Made by a program: the position numbers and the translations under genes
From: Eledone cirrhosa
Taxonomy: Eukaryota
Direction of reading: 5' to 3'
DNA: 64,000 nucleotides
Assembly: GCA_964016885.1 (NCBI GenBank)
Contig: OZ024743.1
Location: 329,902,001 to 329,966,000 of the forward strand
Part shown: positions 13,496 through 25,852 of the stretch, piece by piece
Position numbering within the stretch: the first letter of the stretch is position 1
Layout of the letters: the number at the start of each line of letters is the position of its first letter
The notes under the pieces: model-generated
Seen by the model: the letters and a program-made list of their open reading frames with translations, nothing else
Told to the model about the DNA's origin: nothing
The model's database searches: none

Positions 13496-13688
13496 GGGCG
13501 GTGGATTGGCAGTATCGGTAGAGGGTCGGACGCCATGCTTCGACGCATAGAGTTACGGCCTTTGCCATTCTGAGTTCAAATCGCGCCGAGGTTAACTTTG
13601 CCTTTCATCCTTACGGGGTCGATAAAATAAAGTAGCAGTAATGCACTGGGGTAATTGCTGGCCTTGTGCCAAAAGTAGAAACAATTAT
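13496..13688 (+). mobile_element. Full-length tRNA-derived SINE
   Basis: A and B boxes plus consensus body and tail. Confidence 0.9.
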
Positions 13689-13760
13689 ATGTATATATAT
13701 ATATAAACCCCAACTCATTCAACCTGATATATGTGTATGTATATATATATATATATATAT

Positions 13761-13952
13761 GAAAATGTTCAAGAACCCGGCGGCAGAGCTCAAGCCGTTT
13801 CGACGGCTATTTCTGTCCAGAAATAGCCGTCGAAACGGCTTGAGCTCTGCCGTCGAGGTCTTGAACATTTTCCTATTACCCACTCTACTACCCTAAGTAT
13901 TGAGTACTCTGGTACGTTATGGTCCACCTGGTTCCTTACCACACTTCCTTCG

Positions 13953-13954
<2 letters not shown>
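13761..13954. mobile_element. Family B module with about 55-bp foldback, within (TA)n
   Basis: GCCGTTTCGACGGCTATTTCTG-TC-CAGAAATAGCCGTCGAAACGGC. Confidence 0.8.
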
Positions 13955-14000
<46 letters not shown>

Positions 14001-14166
14001 CTGAATATAAAAGAAAAACTCACACAGACATATATGTGTTCAAATCGTAAAGGACCAGATTCGCTAAGGTGAAAAGAATACTAACTATAGACAATAGGGT
14101 TTACCAGACTCAATTTAAGAATAAATTAAGAAAGTAAATACAAACCGGAATTGTGGTAACTACCAA

Positions 14167-14246
14167 TCACCCGGACAGCTTTGACTGTGCTGTTTCGCAA
14201 AATTAATTGTGAAGAGGAATACCAATTCTTGCTCATCAGTGGGTGA
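14167..14246 (-). ncRNA. Complete type I hammerhead ribozyme
   Basis: minus: TCACCCA-CTGATGA-GCAAGAATT..AATTTTGC-GAAA-CAGC(loop)GCTG-TC^-CGGGTGA. Confidence 0.85.
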
Positions 14247-14406
14247 AGAATTAGTATCCTGGTCACTTCTAAGTATATTAAAAAACTGAATAGTGTGCGT
14301 ATATATAATAACGCACATGGTATCTGAACTTAGCGTGTCTCACAAACTCACACCACTAAAAATAGCAGCCAGGTTTACTCGAAATTTGAATTAGCTCAAC
14401 AAATTA

Positions 14407-14668
14407 ACGGAGCCGAATATATATTCAGTTATAAAATACGACTCGGAAAAATCTCTTCCTAGAGCTATTTTATTGTAAGAGACTATTTTGAGTTTCTAAC
14501 TCAATATATACCTTTGATATATATATATATATACCTGTGATATATATATCCATATATATCAAAGGTATATATTGAGTTAGAAACTCAAAATAGTCTTTTA
14601 CAATAAAATAGCTCTAGGAAGAGATTTTCCGAGTCGTATTTTATAACTGAATATATATTCGGCTCCGT
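14407..14668. pseudogene. Inverted repeat carrying a GIY-YIG-like C-terminal remnant
   Basis: minus strand of left arm reads KIVSYNKIALGRDFSESYFITEYIFGSVN (R..xESxxI..N pattern), upstream of the 14167 HHR. Confidence 0.45.
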
Positions 14669-14994
14669 ATATGTATATATATACATATATATGTATATAT
14701 GTATATATGTATATATACATATACATATATTACCAAAACACTGCCACTGTACTCACTATATAACTATTATGTGAGCACTCTGAACATCGAGATGTAGTTT
14801 CACAACTGCAAGCTTATGCCGCATTGAGAGAATCATGGCCGGAGATCGCTTAAATAACATCGGTGACATTCGTAAACCGTGGATATATCGATAGTCGATC
14901 GAGAAGATCCCACACCTCATTCGCTTAACGAGAAATAATCTTCCCATTGCTCTTTCCAATTGCTAATAATATCTACTGGTCGCAACTCCAAGGC

Positions 14995-15108
14995 AGAAGG
15001 AGCAACGTGTAATAAAGTGTCTTGCTCAAGGACATAATACATTGCCCGGTCTGGGAATCGAACTCACAACCTTACAATTGTGAATCCAATCCTCTTACCA
15101 CTCACCCA

Positions 15109-15110
<2 letters not shown>
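14995..15110 (-). mobile_element. Second tRNA-derived SINE family, fragment
   Basis: GGAGCAACGTG..TGTCTTGCTCAAG..GGAATCGAAC; homolog at 36990-37225. Confidence 0.7.
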
Positions 15111-15159
<49 letters not shown>

Positions 15160-15961
15160 CTGTGTGTATGTGTGTGTGTATACATGCGTGGCTGATTAGA
15201 GCAAAAATCACGAGCGCTCTATCTCAAAATTATTTTTGAAAAGCATAAGAAATGCGCAACCGGTAAAAACTTAAAACTAAAACTGAATACTAACTAATAC
15301 CTATTACTAATTTATATTTATTCCTAATTAAACTATTTTTCACTGGGGAAAATTTGTCAGCATTTTCTTTTCCTTTTTACTAATATATCACAACTCGTGT
15401 GTCACACCTCTATTTTTTTTAATATATATATAATACTATTTATAGTTATGTATATACTATAAACAAATATAAACACGAAAGGTCAGTAATTTCCTACTAC
15501 CTTATTACCAGTAAGAGAAATAGCTCAATGTAAGAACATCAGGTGTTTTACAGAGCAGGAAAATAAACACATTAACACATTTGCTTACCATACAGTATTC
15601 ATTTATTTATTTATCTATATATGCATAATACCTTTGCTTATTTCCTTCTCATATATATATGACTAACGCATGTGCACTTTCTACACGCCCGCATATGTAC
15701 TGCTAATGTACTCATTCTTTCTCAATGCTTCTTTCTCGATGCCTCTTTAATTATTAGACTATTCTCCAGTATTGTCTGACGCATTTATTCCACTCTGTGC
15801 TTTTAATTTTAATTTAAATTTTTGTACAATTTTCGTATAATATATGTCGCATCCATTACACCCTGTAAATACGAAACTGTTGCTCACAACATCAATATAT
15901 ATGTATCTATATGATTGTTCAGTTGAATAAGAGGTTAATTATATGTACAAACATTGATAAT

Positions 15962-16006
15962 GCTCCGATGATTCCAAACGAAAGTTTGGAAGAAACGATT
16001 GTCAGC
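15962..16006 (+). ncRNA. Minimal hammerhead, U4C core
   Basis: GCT-CCGATGA-TTCCAAAC-GAAA-GTTTGGAA-GAAA-CGATTG-TC^-AGC. Confidence 0.75.
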
Positions 16007-16070
16007 TATTAAATGATTTGAACACAACTTTGATAATTGTCTAATTTATTATTATTAATTTATATATATA

Positions 16071-16220
16071 TGCTTTGCAGCATAGTTAGGTCCCTTTACG
16101 GTCTGAGTTCAAATCCCGTTGAGGTTAGCTTTGCCTTTCATCCTTACGGTGGTCAATAAAATAAAGTACCAGCAATGCACTGGGATAGTTGCTAGCCTTG
16201 TGCCTAAAGTAGAAACAATT
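16071..16220 (+). mobile_element. 5'-truncated SINE
   Basis: consensus match; AATTTATATATATA on both flanks. Confidence 0.8.
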
Positions 16221-16249
16221 AATTTATATATATATATAACCTGACTTTA

Positions 16250-16475
16250 ACAGTGCCCCGACCGAGGCGTAGAATTTCTCACCCTCTCCCCTTCCCCCAC
16301 TCTCTCTTCCGTGGTCTAATAGTCCTTGTTTCCTTCGTTTTCTTCCTATTTATAGCATTTATAGTCCTTTCCTCTACTATACAGCTAGATCTGGCCATCT
16401 TTACCCCTTCCTCCCGTTCTATTTTATTATTCATATAATTAATTATGAAAACGGAATAAATAGTTTACTTTAAAA
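16250..16475 (+). mobile_element. 3' UTR fragment of CRE-like non-LTR element
   Basis: homologous (reverse complement) to 38610-38760. Confidence 0.55.
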
Positions 16476-16532
16476 ACAAATACCAAGTCAGAAAGATCAA
16501 TACATTATCTTAAGTGTCTTATTTATAAGTTA

Positions 16533-16646
<114 letters not shown>

Positions 16647-16668
16647 ATATATATGTATATATGTGTAA

Positions 16669-16700
<32 letters not shown>

Positions 16701-16977
16701 AGATAAACGGAACAAGTAAAATTCAAACAATCTTTCAAAATAAATTCAAAAATTATAATTTAAATATTTACCTATCCATATTGCTTTTACCGACGGTTTC
16801 GCCTCACAAAAGATTGGAAATCCGAGGGACATGTATATATATATATTTCTAATTGTCCTTAACACTATGACTTATTAAAGTAATATATAAACAAATCACT
16901 ATCCGGATGACTTCCAAAAACAATGGTTGCATTTTAATAGGGTACGTCAAAGCTTATTTGTAAAACTTTATATATTG

Positions 16978-17042
16978 TATTTTGTCTGATGAAGGCATAC
17001 CATAATTTAATTTGGTATCCCTGAAATATGTATAATGAAATA
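16978..17042 (+). ncRNA. Hammerhead ribozyme (family A)
   Basis: TATTTTGT-CTGATGA-..ATACCA/TGGTAT..-GAAA-TATGTA-TA^-ATGAAATA. Confidence 0.85.
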
Positions 17043-17081
17043 AATATGATTTTATAAATATAGTTTCCATTTATTAATATC

Positions 17082-17186
<105 letters not shown>

Positions 17187-17919
17187 AATATAAATTCAGC
17201 GAGAATCGCATTTCGGCGGGTAGAAAAAGCGAAACGTAACACAAATTCCGAGTCATGCTGGCAAGCGCTCCATAGTTTAAAAGACTAGAGCAATAAACAT
17301 AGGTTATAAAGGCTATACAAACTGAGAAGGTGGTCAGGAAGCTATAGACCACCTAAGAAAAAAAACAAGTCAGACAAAATAAATGACATAATCATATATA
17401 TATATATACATATTCATATATATATATAACAAACCTGGACCCTTGTAATTGATGGTAAAATCCAGTACAGGGTTTCTGCGACACCTAAATCAATATTACT
17501 TTCTGCTTAAAACAATAAGCTTTTGGTATTATGATTGAACAAGGAATATCACATTATCAACAGGTATTTTGTTCTGCGCCAGTATTGTGGATGACAGAGT
17601 GCTCCGTAAAAGCACATGTGTAACTCACAGGGGAAAAACCCCAGATTTTAGCAAATGAATTAAGTAAATCATGCAAAAAACTGCATAAATAGCACAAATC
17701 GAATACGCTCTCAACCGGGTAGTTTTTGAAATAAACTTATACAATTAATCTGTCAATAGAATTATTAACAGGTTAATTGTAAGGCTCAGGAGAGTAATAT
17801 AAATATAAATTCAGCTAGAATCGCATTTCGGCGGGTAGAAAAAGCGAAACGTAACGCAAATTCCGAGTCATGCTGGCAAGCGCTCCACAGTCTAAAAGAC
17901 TCGAGCAATAATATATATA

Positions 17920-18029
17920 CCCGCTGATGAAGCCGCATAAGCCGATTGTGCATTGTTGCATAATATATGCAGACAGATGGTGCAGTGCACCTTACTGCTG
18001 CATTAGTGCGGCAGAAACTCGAGTCCGGG
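17920..18029 (+). ncRNA. Hammerhead ribozyme with extended stem II
   Basis: CCCG-CTGATGA-AGCCGCA..TGCGGCA-GAAA-CTCGAG-TC^-CGGG. Confidence 0.85.
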
Positions 18030-18211
18030 ACCTTATAGGCACCCGTTTTACGTGTGTTGTGTTGAGGCAAATAACTATGTGTATACTCTGGTAATGTATC
18101 TTACATTGCCCATTGAGTGCGCTGAGATACAACCGGTACTGGCATTGATAAATATGGTGGGTCCGTCAACCCTTATATATATATATATATATATGTGCGT
18201 ATGTGTGTGTG

Positions 18212-18246
<35 letters not shown>

Positions 18247-18247
18247 G

Positions 18248-18773
18248 GAAAATTGAGGTTGGTAATGGCACATGGAATATATAAGAGACAGAATACTTTT
18301 TTGTGAAAAAACATAATTTTATAAGGTAAGGAAATAATAAAGGGTATAAAAAATGACCGGTTTCGATGGGTCTGCAAAAGCCATCTTTTCAAATGTTGAT
18401 TAATATTAAGACAAATTAATAATACGAAGAGTTAAAATTTGAGACTTGAAAATTCAAGTATAAAATTCATTGTGGGATTTCATAGCAGTTTTCATCTAGG
18501 TAGCAACAACTGTTGTTGCTACCTAGATGAAAACTGCTATGAAATCCCACAATGAATTTTATACTTGAATTTTCAAGTCTCAAATTTTAACTCTTCGTAT
18601 TATTAATTTTTCTTAATATTAATCAACATTTGAAAAGATGGCTTTTGCAGACCCACCGAAACCGGTCATTTTTTATACCCTTTATTATTTCCTTACCTTA
18701 TAAAATTATGTTTTTTCACAAAAAAGTATTCTGTCTCTTATATATTCCATGTGCCATTACCAACCTCAATTTT
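18248..18773. repeat. About 525-bp near-perfect palindrome with a U3:A8 hammerhead in each arm (18351-18396 -, 18626-18671 +)
   Basis: centre TAGCAACAAC-T-GTTGTTGCTA near 18510; TTGAAAA-GATGG..CCATC-GAAA-CCGG-TC. Confidence 0.85.
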
Positions 18774-18808
18774 CTCTATAACCTTCGTTTTGTGTAGAAA
18801 ATTACACT

Positions 18809-18976
<168 letters not shown>

Positions 18977-19879
18977 GGAACATGTGTATAACACAGTACA
19001 ACAAAATCAATTGAACAAAGGATTAAAATATTAGCTTATGGCCTCTGAAAGTCCGGCCCTGTCTGTGGTATATTTCCTGTGTACTTTACCGTGTGGTACA
19101 CTACCTCTGCTATTCTACAATTTCTGCAAGAAGACAACCACAAAAGCTGAATTAGTATTAAATTCTAAGTACGTCACAATGTCAGATATTTGGGTGTGGG
19201 TAGATCACAGCCGATCCTATTTACTCCAGTACTGCAGTGGAACTTCTTTTATCTACTAATACCTGAGATAATATTCAAACAGTATTAGCAGAATTATCTA
19301 TTCTAGGTCCAGTGAACACACATTCTCTGTTAATACAACGAACATATTGTTTGAATAATCCTAAATTCTCTATTTTTCATTTTATCTCTTCTCTCTGATA
19401 TACTGAGTGTGTAAAATAAAAGATGTCAAGTCCAACAATACATGTTCGTGCTTTTCAAAACTCTACTGATATTGAACCTATTGAGATTATTTCTTTTGTA
19501 AACTGGATTTAAAATATAGAGAAAGAAATCTATTGATTCCTACTTAAATCTTCTATCCAAATGCACCGGCATTTAGTGCTTAAGACAACCTGAACATTGC
19601 GATACTAGAGCTAGGATTTGTCATAAAACTGTCACATTAGTAGCAAATCGCTTTAAGGACTCTCCTACTACGACGTTTCTTGTCTAGCTTCACAAACACA
19701 GCCTTTCCCCCATTATTTCTCTTCTTTTTCTGCTTCTCTTTAAAACTAAAACTATGTATGGCTGTATGGACTTTCATATGTTTTATTGTCTAATCACTTC
19801 CATAGAATTGACTTATTGAATTATTGTCACAGTTTATACAAGAATAGCAATATATCTTCGTCGATTTCGACGATGACTA

Positions 19880-20190
19880 TTCCATTTATTCGATCAACAG
19901 AACCTCCTCTTAGTGAATTAACGTGTAAGTGGCTTAGTATTCTATAGACACGTGTAAATTCAACGGAATTCTTAGGGAGATTCTCCATGATAGAAGGTGC
20001 GACAAGAGTGCTCCTTTTGAATTACAGGTACGGTCCATCTGCCGGGCTACCAAATAGTTTCCACCAATTCAGTTTCACTCCCTAGGCATGGACCGACACC
20101 GAGGGTATGCTAAATGACATTTGCCCAAGATGTCACGCAATGAGATCAAACCCAGGACCTAATAGTTACGAAGTGGACCGTTAAAGCATT
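19880..20190 (-). mobile_element. Old SINE-like repeat (third family)
   Basis: GGGAGATT..TTTGAATTACAGGTAC..CCATCTGCCGGGCT shared with 37250-37590 and 47370-47680. Confidence 0.6.
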
Positions 20191-20316
20191 CTGCAATGTT
20201 GCGCTCATCATTTATACAGGAAAAGGTTAATAACTTTGTTACACAATCTATGTATCATTAATGTAACACGAGACACTAGCGTGTTATTGAAATATTATTG
20301 AATGCTCTTTACTTCT

Positions 20317-20780
20317 TCTTCGCCAATTTATTCCTGGGAGGGTCGTGGGGACAGAGCCCTCAAATATTCCTTCCAGCATGTCCTGTCAGAAGCAACCGTC
20401 TCCAATTGATCCGACTGGGTCCGCAACCGAAACCAGCAGAGCTCATGGATATTATCCAACCATTTGAGATCTATCCCTTGGTCTCCCACCGGCTGGTTTT
20501 GTCCGTAACATCTGTCCATCGATTCTTTCCTGGGACATTCTAACCACACGTCCATGGTATCTCTCAATTTGGGGAAGTAGCGGCTCTACCTGGAGCGCTT
20601 CTCTCATCTCCGAGCTACGCACTCTATCGAGTAACGTTACTTCAAAAACATTTCAGCCGCTTGTATTCATGATCATATTCTTCCGGTCATTACCCAAGAT
20701 TCATGACTGTAGGTTAGGGTTGGCACGAATACCGAATAGAAGATAGCGAGTTTGGCTTTTACGCCTAACTACCTTGGATG
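20317..20780 (-). mobile_element. RTE LINE 3' fragment ending in GAAGAAG
   Basis: homologous to 37841-38405. Confidence 0.75.
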
Positions 20781-20796
20781 TTCCACCTTGAAAATA

Positions 20797-20911
20797 ATTG
20801 TTTCTACTTTTGGCACAAGGCCAGCAATTACCCAGTGTATTACTGGTACTTTATTTTATCGACCCCGTAAGGATGAAAGGCAAAGTTAACCTCGGCGGGA
20901 TTTGAACTCAG
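20797..20911 (-). mobile_element. 5'-truncated SINE, 12-bp TSD
   Basis: CTTGAAAATAAT on both flanks. Confidence 0.85.
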
Positions 20912-22243
20912 CTTGAAAATAATACACGTTAGTTGGTTTCTGGATACTTCTCCAAGTACATGGAATAGTTTGAGTAGTAATAATTCAAGATAAGAGCCAT
21001 TCGATAGAACCTATTTGAGCTCAATCCTCAAATGAGACCCTACTATCTCAATAAAGGAAAAGACACATGAAAACAATGTAGTCATAGATAGTTGTAAAAA
21101 GAAGGGAGCTCACAGCTGCAATTTTTTTTATCATAGGTTTGCACGAGCCGTATTGACTAGGGGTTAAATAACAGCAGCAACTAGTTAATCGTAATCATCA
21201 GTAAACACACACACACACACACTCACACACATACACACATACACAGACATACACACTACCTATTATATATCCCCTCCCCCTCGAGACAACGATATCTCTC
21301 TGTGGCTCCTTAATGACTCAAACAGTTCCAATTTTAGCTCCGCTATAAAACAAACTGTAAAGTAATAAGTTGCAATAAATAAATAAATAAGTATGAACGA
21401 CTTTGTAATTGTTGCTGTGAAAAATGTTGTTAGCAGCTGTCAGAGGTGGTTTTTATAGGAAGAGGCCAGTTAATGTCTGTGTAAACAACTAACGATCATT
21501 GATGCACATGATACTTTTTCTTACTCTACTATTGGCGCCTGCAATTGAGAGAGGGAAGAGAGAAGACGGACAATTAGGGAGGTAGAAAAGGGAGAGAAAA
21601 ATACTGTCATTTTAACTGGGTTAATTATGATTTACAACTAGCTTCAAATCTATTTACAATTTCTTTCTTCAACCGACGATGGTGTTTTATTTCTCTACAA
21701 GTTATATTTCTCTAGGCTTATTCAATTATACAATCAATTTTTTTTATTCATCTGACACAAATGCAATAAACACTGCCCGCTATTTGACTTCTGCTCACCA
21801 GTTGCATACTTCACTAAATGATTCGTTTTACTGGCTTCACTAATGTAACAGTTTTGGCACAATATCACAGGACAGCAAGTTGACGAATCAATCATCAGAT
21901 ATATAATATTTTTCACTCCTTACAGTAATGAAGTTCCCCATTAAACCACTACGGTGAGGTCACCAGACTCTGAGGGTTTTCAATATTTTAAATTTAGTCG
22001 TTCACATAACGGTAGCTTAGTGTCTGTAGTGCTAATGGGACCATGTACTCATCCACAGTTACGTTGACACTCACACATCTGGTCTGTCCAAGAAATTTTA
22101 ACTGGTCAAGTTAAATCACTCTTCTGGGTGGATTGGAGCTTTTTTAGGGTGCATTTCTTTATAAATTCATTACTTATCAGCATAATAGAATTACTTTTTG
22201 TTTTATTTTGTCTTTTATTGGTTAGTAAATGTGGCAGGCAGTG

Positions 22244-22580
22244 TACTCTCGGGTTTTGAATAATCCCCCCCCCCCCCCCCCCGCTTATCAAATTCCGCTA
22301 ATTTAACGCTGGCGAAATTTTATTTTAAGTGGTAGCATATCTGCGACAACTCATTTTCTTCAGATATTAAAAAACATTATACATGTAAAATACATTACAA
22401 GAAATCTCATACGTTATAGAATTAATAGAATGAGTTGGTGGTTTCAATATGTAAACTAAATTACTAATTCTGGTTTAAAAAAACAAAACATAGACAAGCT
22501 AGAAAAATCACCGATTTCCCCCTCCTCCCAGCTTATGACCTCGCTTGTTACACCCCTTTTATTTGGGAGCCGAGGGTATG
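22244..22580. mobile_element. Non-autonomous DNA-transposon-like repeat (MITE)
   Basis: same internal sequence as 24336-24790 and 39826-40203. Confidence 0.6.
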
Positions 22581-24057
22581 TGAGCATTGTTTTCAGGAGC
22601 TTCGAGAAAGAAGTGCTCTCCAATTAGATATCTGGCATGATTGTTTGCATAAGAGTAGGCTCAACAGGAGGTATTCAATGATCAGAAGGTGGCGATGGTA
22701 GTGTTAAAGTGGGTAGCGTATTATATATACAAATATGGGAGCCATGGTGGCTTTTGAACTCAGAATGAAAATACCACATACATCCGGCTTAACGCTCTAG
22801 CTTCTCTGCCAATCTGGTGGCGTATGCCGTATATCTACGTTAAATAAAGGATACAAAACAAAGTCGATCTCGGCAGGATTTGAAACCAGAACGCAAAGAC
22901 CTGGAACAAATATCATAACCATATGATGCTCTAACGAATTTCACCAATCTGGGAAATGTTTTGAATACTTCTAACAGAATGAATTGTTAAATAAATGCAC
23001 CCAATAACTAACTTATAACCTTATCTTTTTTGGTAGCAACCTGCCATAAACCGCCTCTGGCTTTATGAAACAAAACCATCCATTTTAAAGGATTCCGAGT
23101 TAAATTAAAATCTTCCAACATAATTTGATATAAGAACCCTTTAAGTTAATTACAAACACAATCTTAATATTGAAATAATCAATAATTTTACTTAATTCCT
23201 GCAAATTCTTCATTAATTCATTCAAATATAGCGTATCTCGTTAGAAATAATGTCATAAAAGGGTTCAAAATGGGTGACTTGTTAATCATAACAGTAAGAG
23301 GGAAAGTAAAATACGATTGAATGACGTTCATGCCTTTCCCGACAAAGCAACTGCCATGGTATATCTGCAGTTTTGACTCAAATGTAAATTTATTTCTATT
23401 TATCTAGCACGTGTAAATTTAATAATATATTAAATAATATTAATGCACAATCGAGCGTGTATTAACATATCTACGATGTGATGTAGATATTATTATAGTT
23501 TATGAATCATAAACCTTGCTGTCAAAAGCAATATGTGTAGATACACTTTATTATTCTCTTTGTACCGAGTAAACGCAACAGATTGCTTTTATATTTCACA
23601 CTTTATTGTCTGTTCATCAGAAGACAAATACCATGTACTAAGAGACCTCAGAGTAGCTGCTACTAACGTCAAATACAATCTAGAATTGAGATGAAATGGT
23701 TATAACATGCATTGAAGTGGCAACAGGAGACTCAGGGGCGGACCTTGAGCATGATGGTTAGATAACATCCATGATCGCTTGGGCATCCAGTCTGATCAGT
23801 AGGAAACAGCTGCTTCTGACAGGACCCGCTGAAAGGAGTGTTTGAGGACTCTGCGCCCACGGCCCTCTCAGGAATAAGTGGGTGAAGAAAAAGAAGAAAA
23901 CGGAGAGGATAAAGTGTTCTGCTGACCTCAGTATTAATACAATACTATGAACAACTTCATATTAATTTCCGGCTGAAACGTAAAACCACCGACTTGTAAG
24001 GAGTGAACAGTGTGATTATGGAATGTTCATGCCTCTCTGAAAAGCGGTAGCAATAAA

Positions 24058-24280
24058 ATTGTTTCTACTGTTGGTACAAGGCCAACAGTTTGAAAAACGA
24101 GAGGAGAAAGTCGATGAAATTGACCCCATTGCGTTACTGGTACTTTATTTTATCGACCCCTTAAGAATGAAAGGCAACATTGAAGTCGGTAGGATTTGAA
24201 CTCAGAACGTAAATGAACGTAAATATGCCGCAAAGCATGTTTTCCAACACTCTACCGATTACAGCAAATCCCCAGCCCTA
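24058..24280 (-). mobile_element. Diverged SINE
   Basis: consensus match. Confidence 0.75.
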
Positions 24281-24335
24281 ACAGTATAATTGCAATGGAA
24301 TAGATGTAACTTGGAATTGAATCTGAGCCATGTGT

Positions 24336-24790
24336 ATACTCTTTGGTCTCGAATAATCATCCATCTGCTTATTAGTTTTTCAGGTTTTTTCCACCACCTC
24401 AAAGCTTATTAAATTTTACTAATCTATCTCCGGTGTAATTTTATTTTGAGTGGTTGCATTCCTGCGACAATTAATTTTCTTTAGACATTAAAAAACATTA
24501 TACATGACAAAAAAAAGTTCATTACTAGAAATTTTACGTTATAAAATAAATAGGGTGGGTTCGGGCCTCAATATGTAAACTAAACGACTAATTCTGGTTT
24601 TTCAAAAACAATCAACGGAGACAACCTAGAAAAATTACCGATTTCCACCCCTCCTCCTTATTCCAATCCCCTTCCTTACTCCAACCCCTCCCTTATTCCA
24701 TCCCCCACCCACAATTATTCCACCCCACCCCAGCTTATTCCAACACCCCCGATTATTCCAACCACCCTATTATTTGGGACCTGAGAGCAG
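24336..24790. mobile_element. MITE with about 20-bp imperfect TIRs
   Basis: TACTCTTTGGTCTCGAATAAT...ATTATTTGGGACCTGAGAG. Confidence 0.65.
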
Positions 24791-25852
24791 GCACGTTGTT
24801 AACTTCATTTTGCACTGTGTAGTCCACCCAAAGGGTCGAGGTATATCCCCTGTTGATGTAGCATCCTCGAATAGTGAAGGGGTTCATATGCTCCCGAGTT
24901 CGATTCCACTGCGTGGCATCCTGGGTCAAGTGTCATGTACCAGTCACACGCTAATTTCCTTCAATTATATTTAACAACTGGAACACACATCTTTGAAACC
25001 GACGAAGATCCATCATATCGTCAGTGCATAACTCCACTTCCATGTTGATCAAATATTTTTCAATCCCACAATCCCTCACATTGACCTTTTTAATGTGTTC
25101 TTCAAAAGATGTCTCTCCCACTATGACCTTTATATACTTCATAATATTATAGCAATAACATAACTACACTGACCTTTATTCCATCATGGATTCACATCTT
25201 ATCGATTCGTTTCCACGCAACATGGTGGTTGTTGGCTACCAATACAAATAGCTTAATGTACGTAATCGATATATTTATATACACATTTATTTACAAATGA
25301 AACATCAAAGCACTGAATTACTACACTGTTAGATGGAACGATACTCTGGATGGCTGATTTATCATGACTGCTTTTAATCAAAACAATTTTTATATAGCTT
25401 GTCTCATATATGGAAGGAGGTATGCTTAAAGTGAGAATGTTTATTATAATTCTTTAGTTCTGTACCAGGTGGTGAATTAGCAGAGATGTTAGAGCGTAGA
25501 ACACAATACCTAACAGTATTTGTGCCAGCTCTGTCTTCTAAGTTTAAACCCCACCGTAACCCTTTCAATGTGGTGGGTTAAGGCTATTGTTAAAAGGTCA
25601 GCTGCAATGATTTGTGCAATTTATTCCAGTTCTTTGCCTTCTGAGTTCAATTCCGTTGAATCAGTGCGGTACAATTTGTGGTGTTGTTGGCTCTTTGAAT
25701 TACAGGTAGAATCTGCCCGATTAGATTGTACAGTTTCATTGTACAGTGTAGACCAGGGGCTATAATAAAGACATTTCATCAAGATGGCAGGAAGTGGTGT
25801 CCAGTGTGGATTCCTACGAGTCTCAAGAGAACTATTTAACCCCTCAGCCACA

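Noticed and set aside
16784-16830. Half hammerheads (also near 2940, 11927 and 44660)
   Set aside because: Only the GAAA-stem III-UH half is present; not counted as ribozymes
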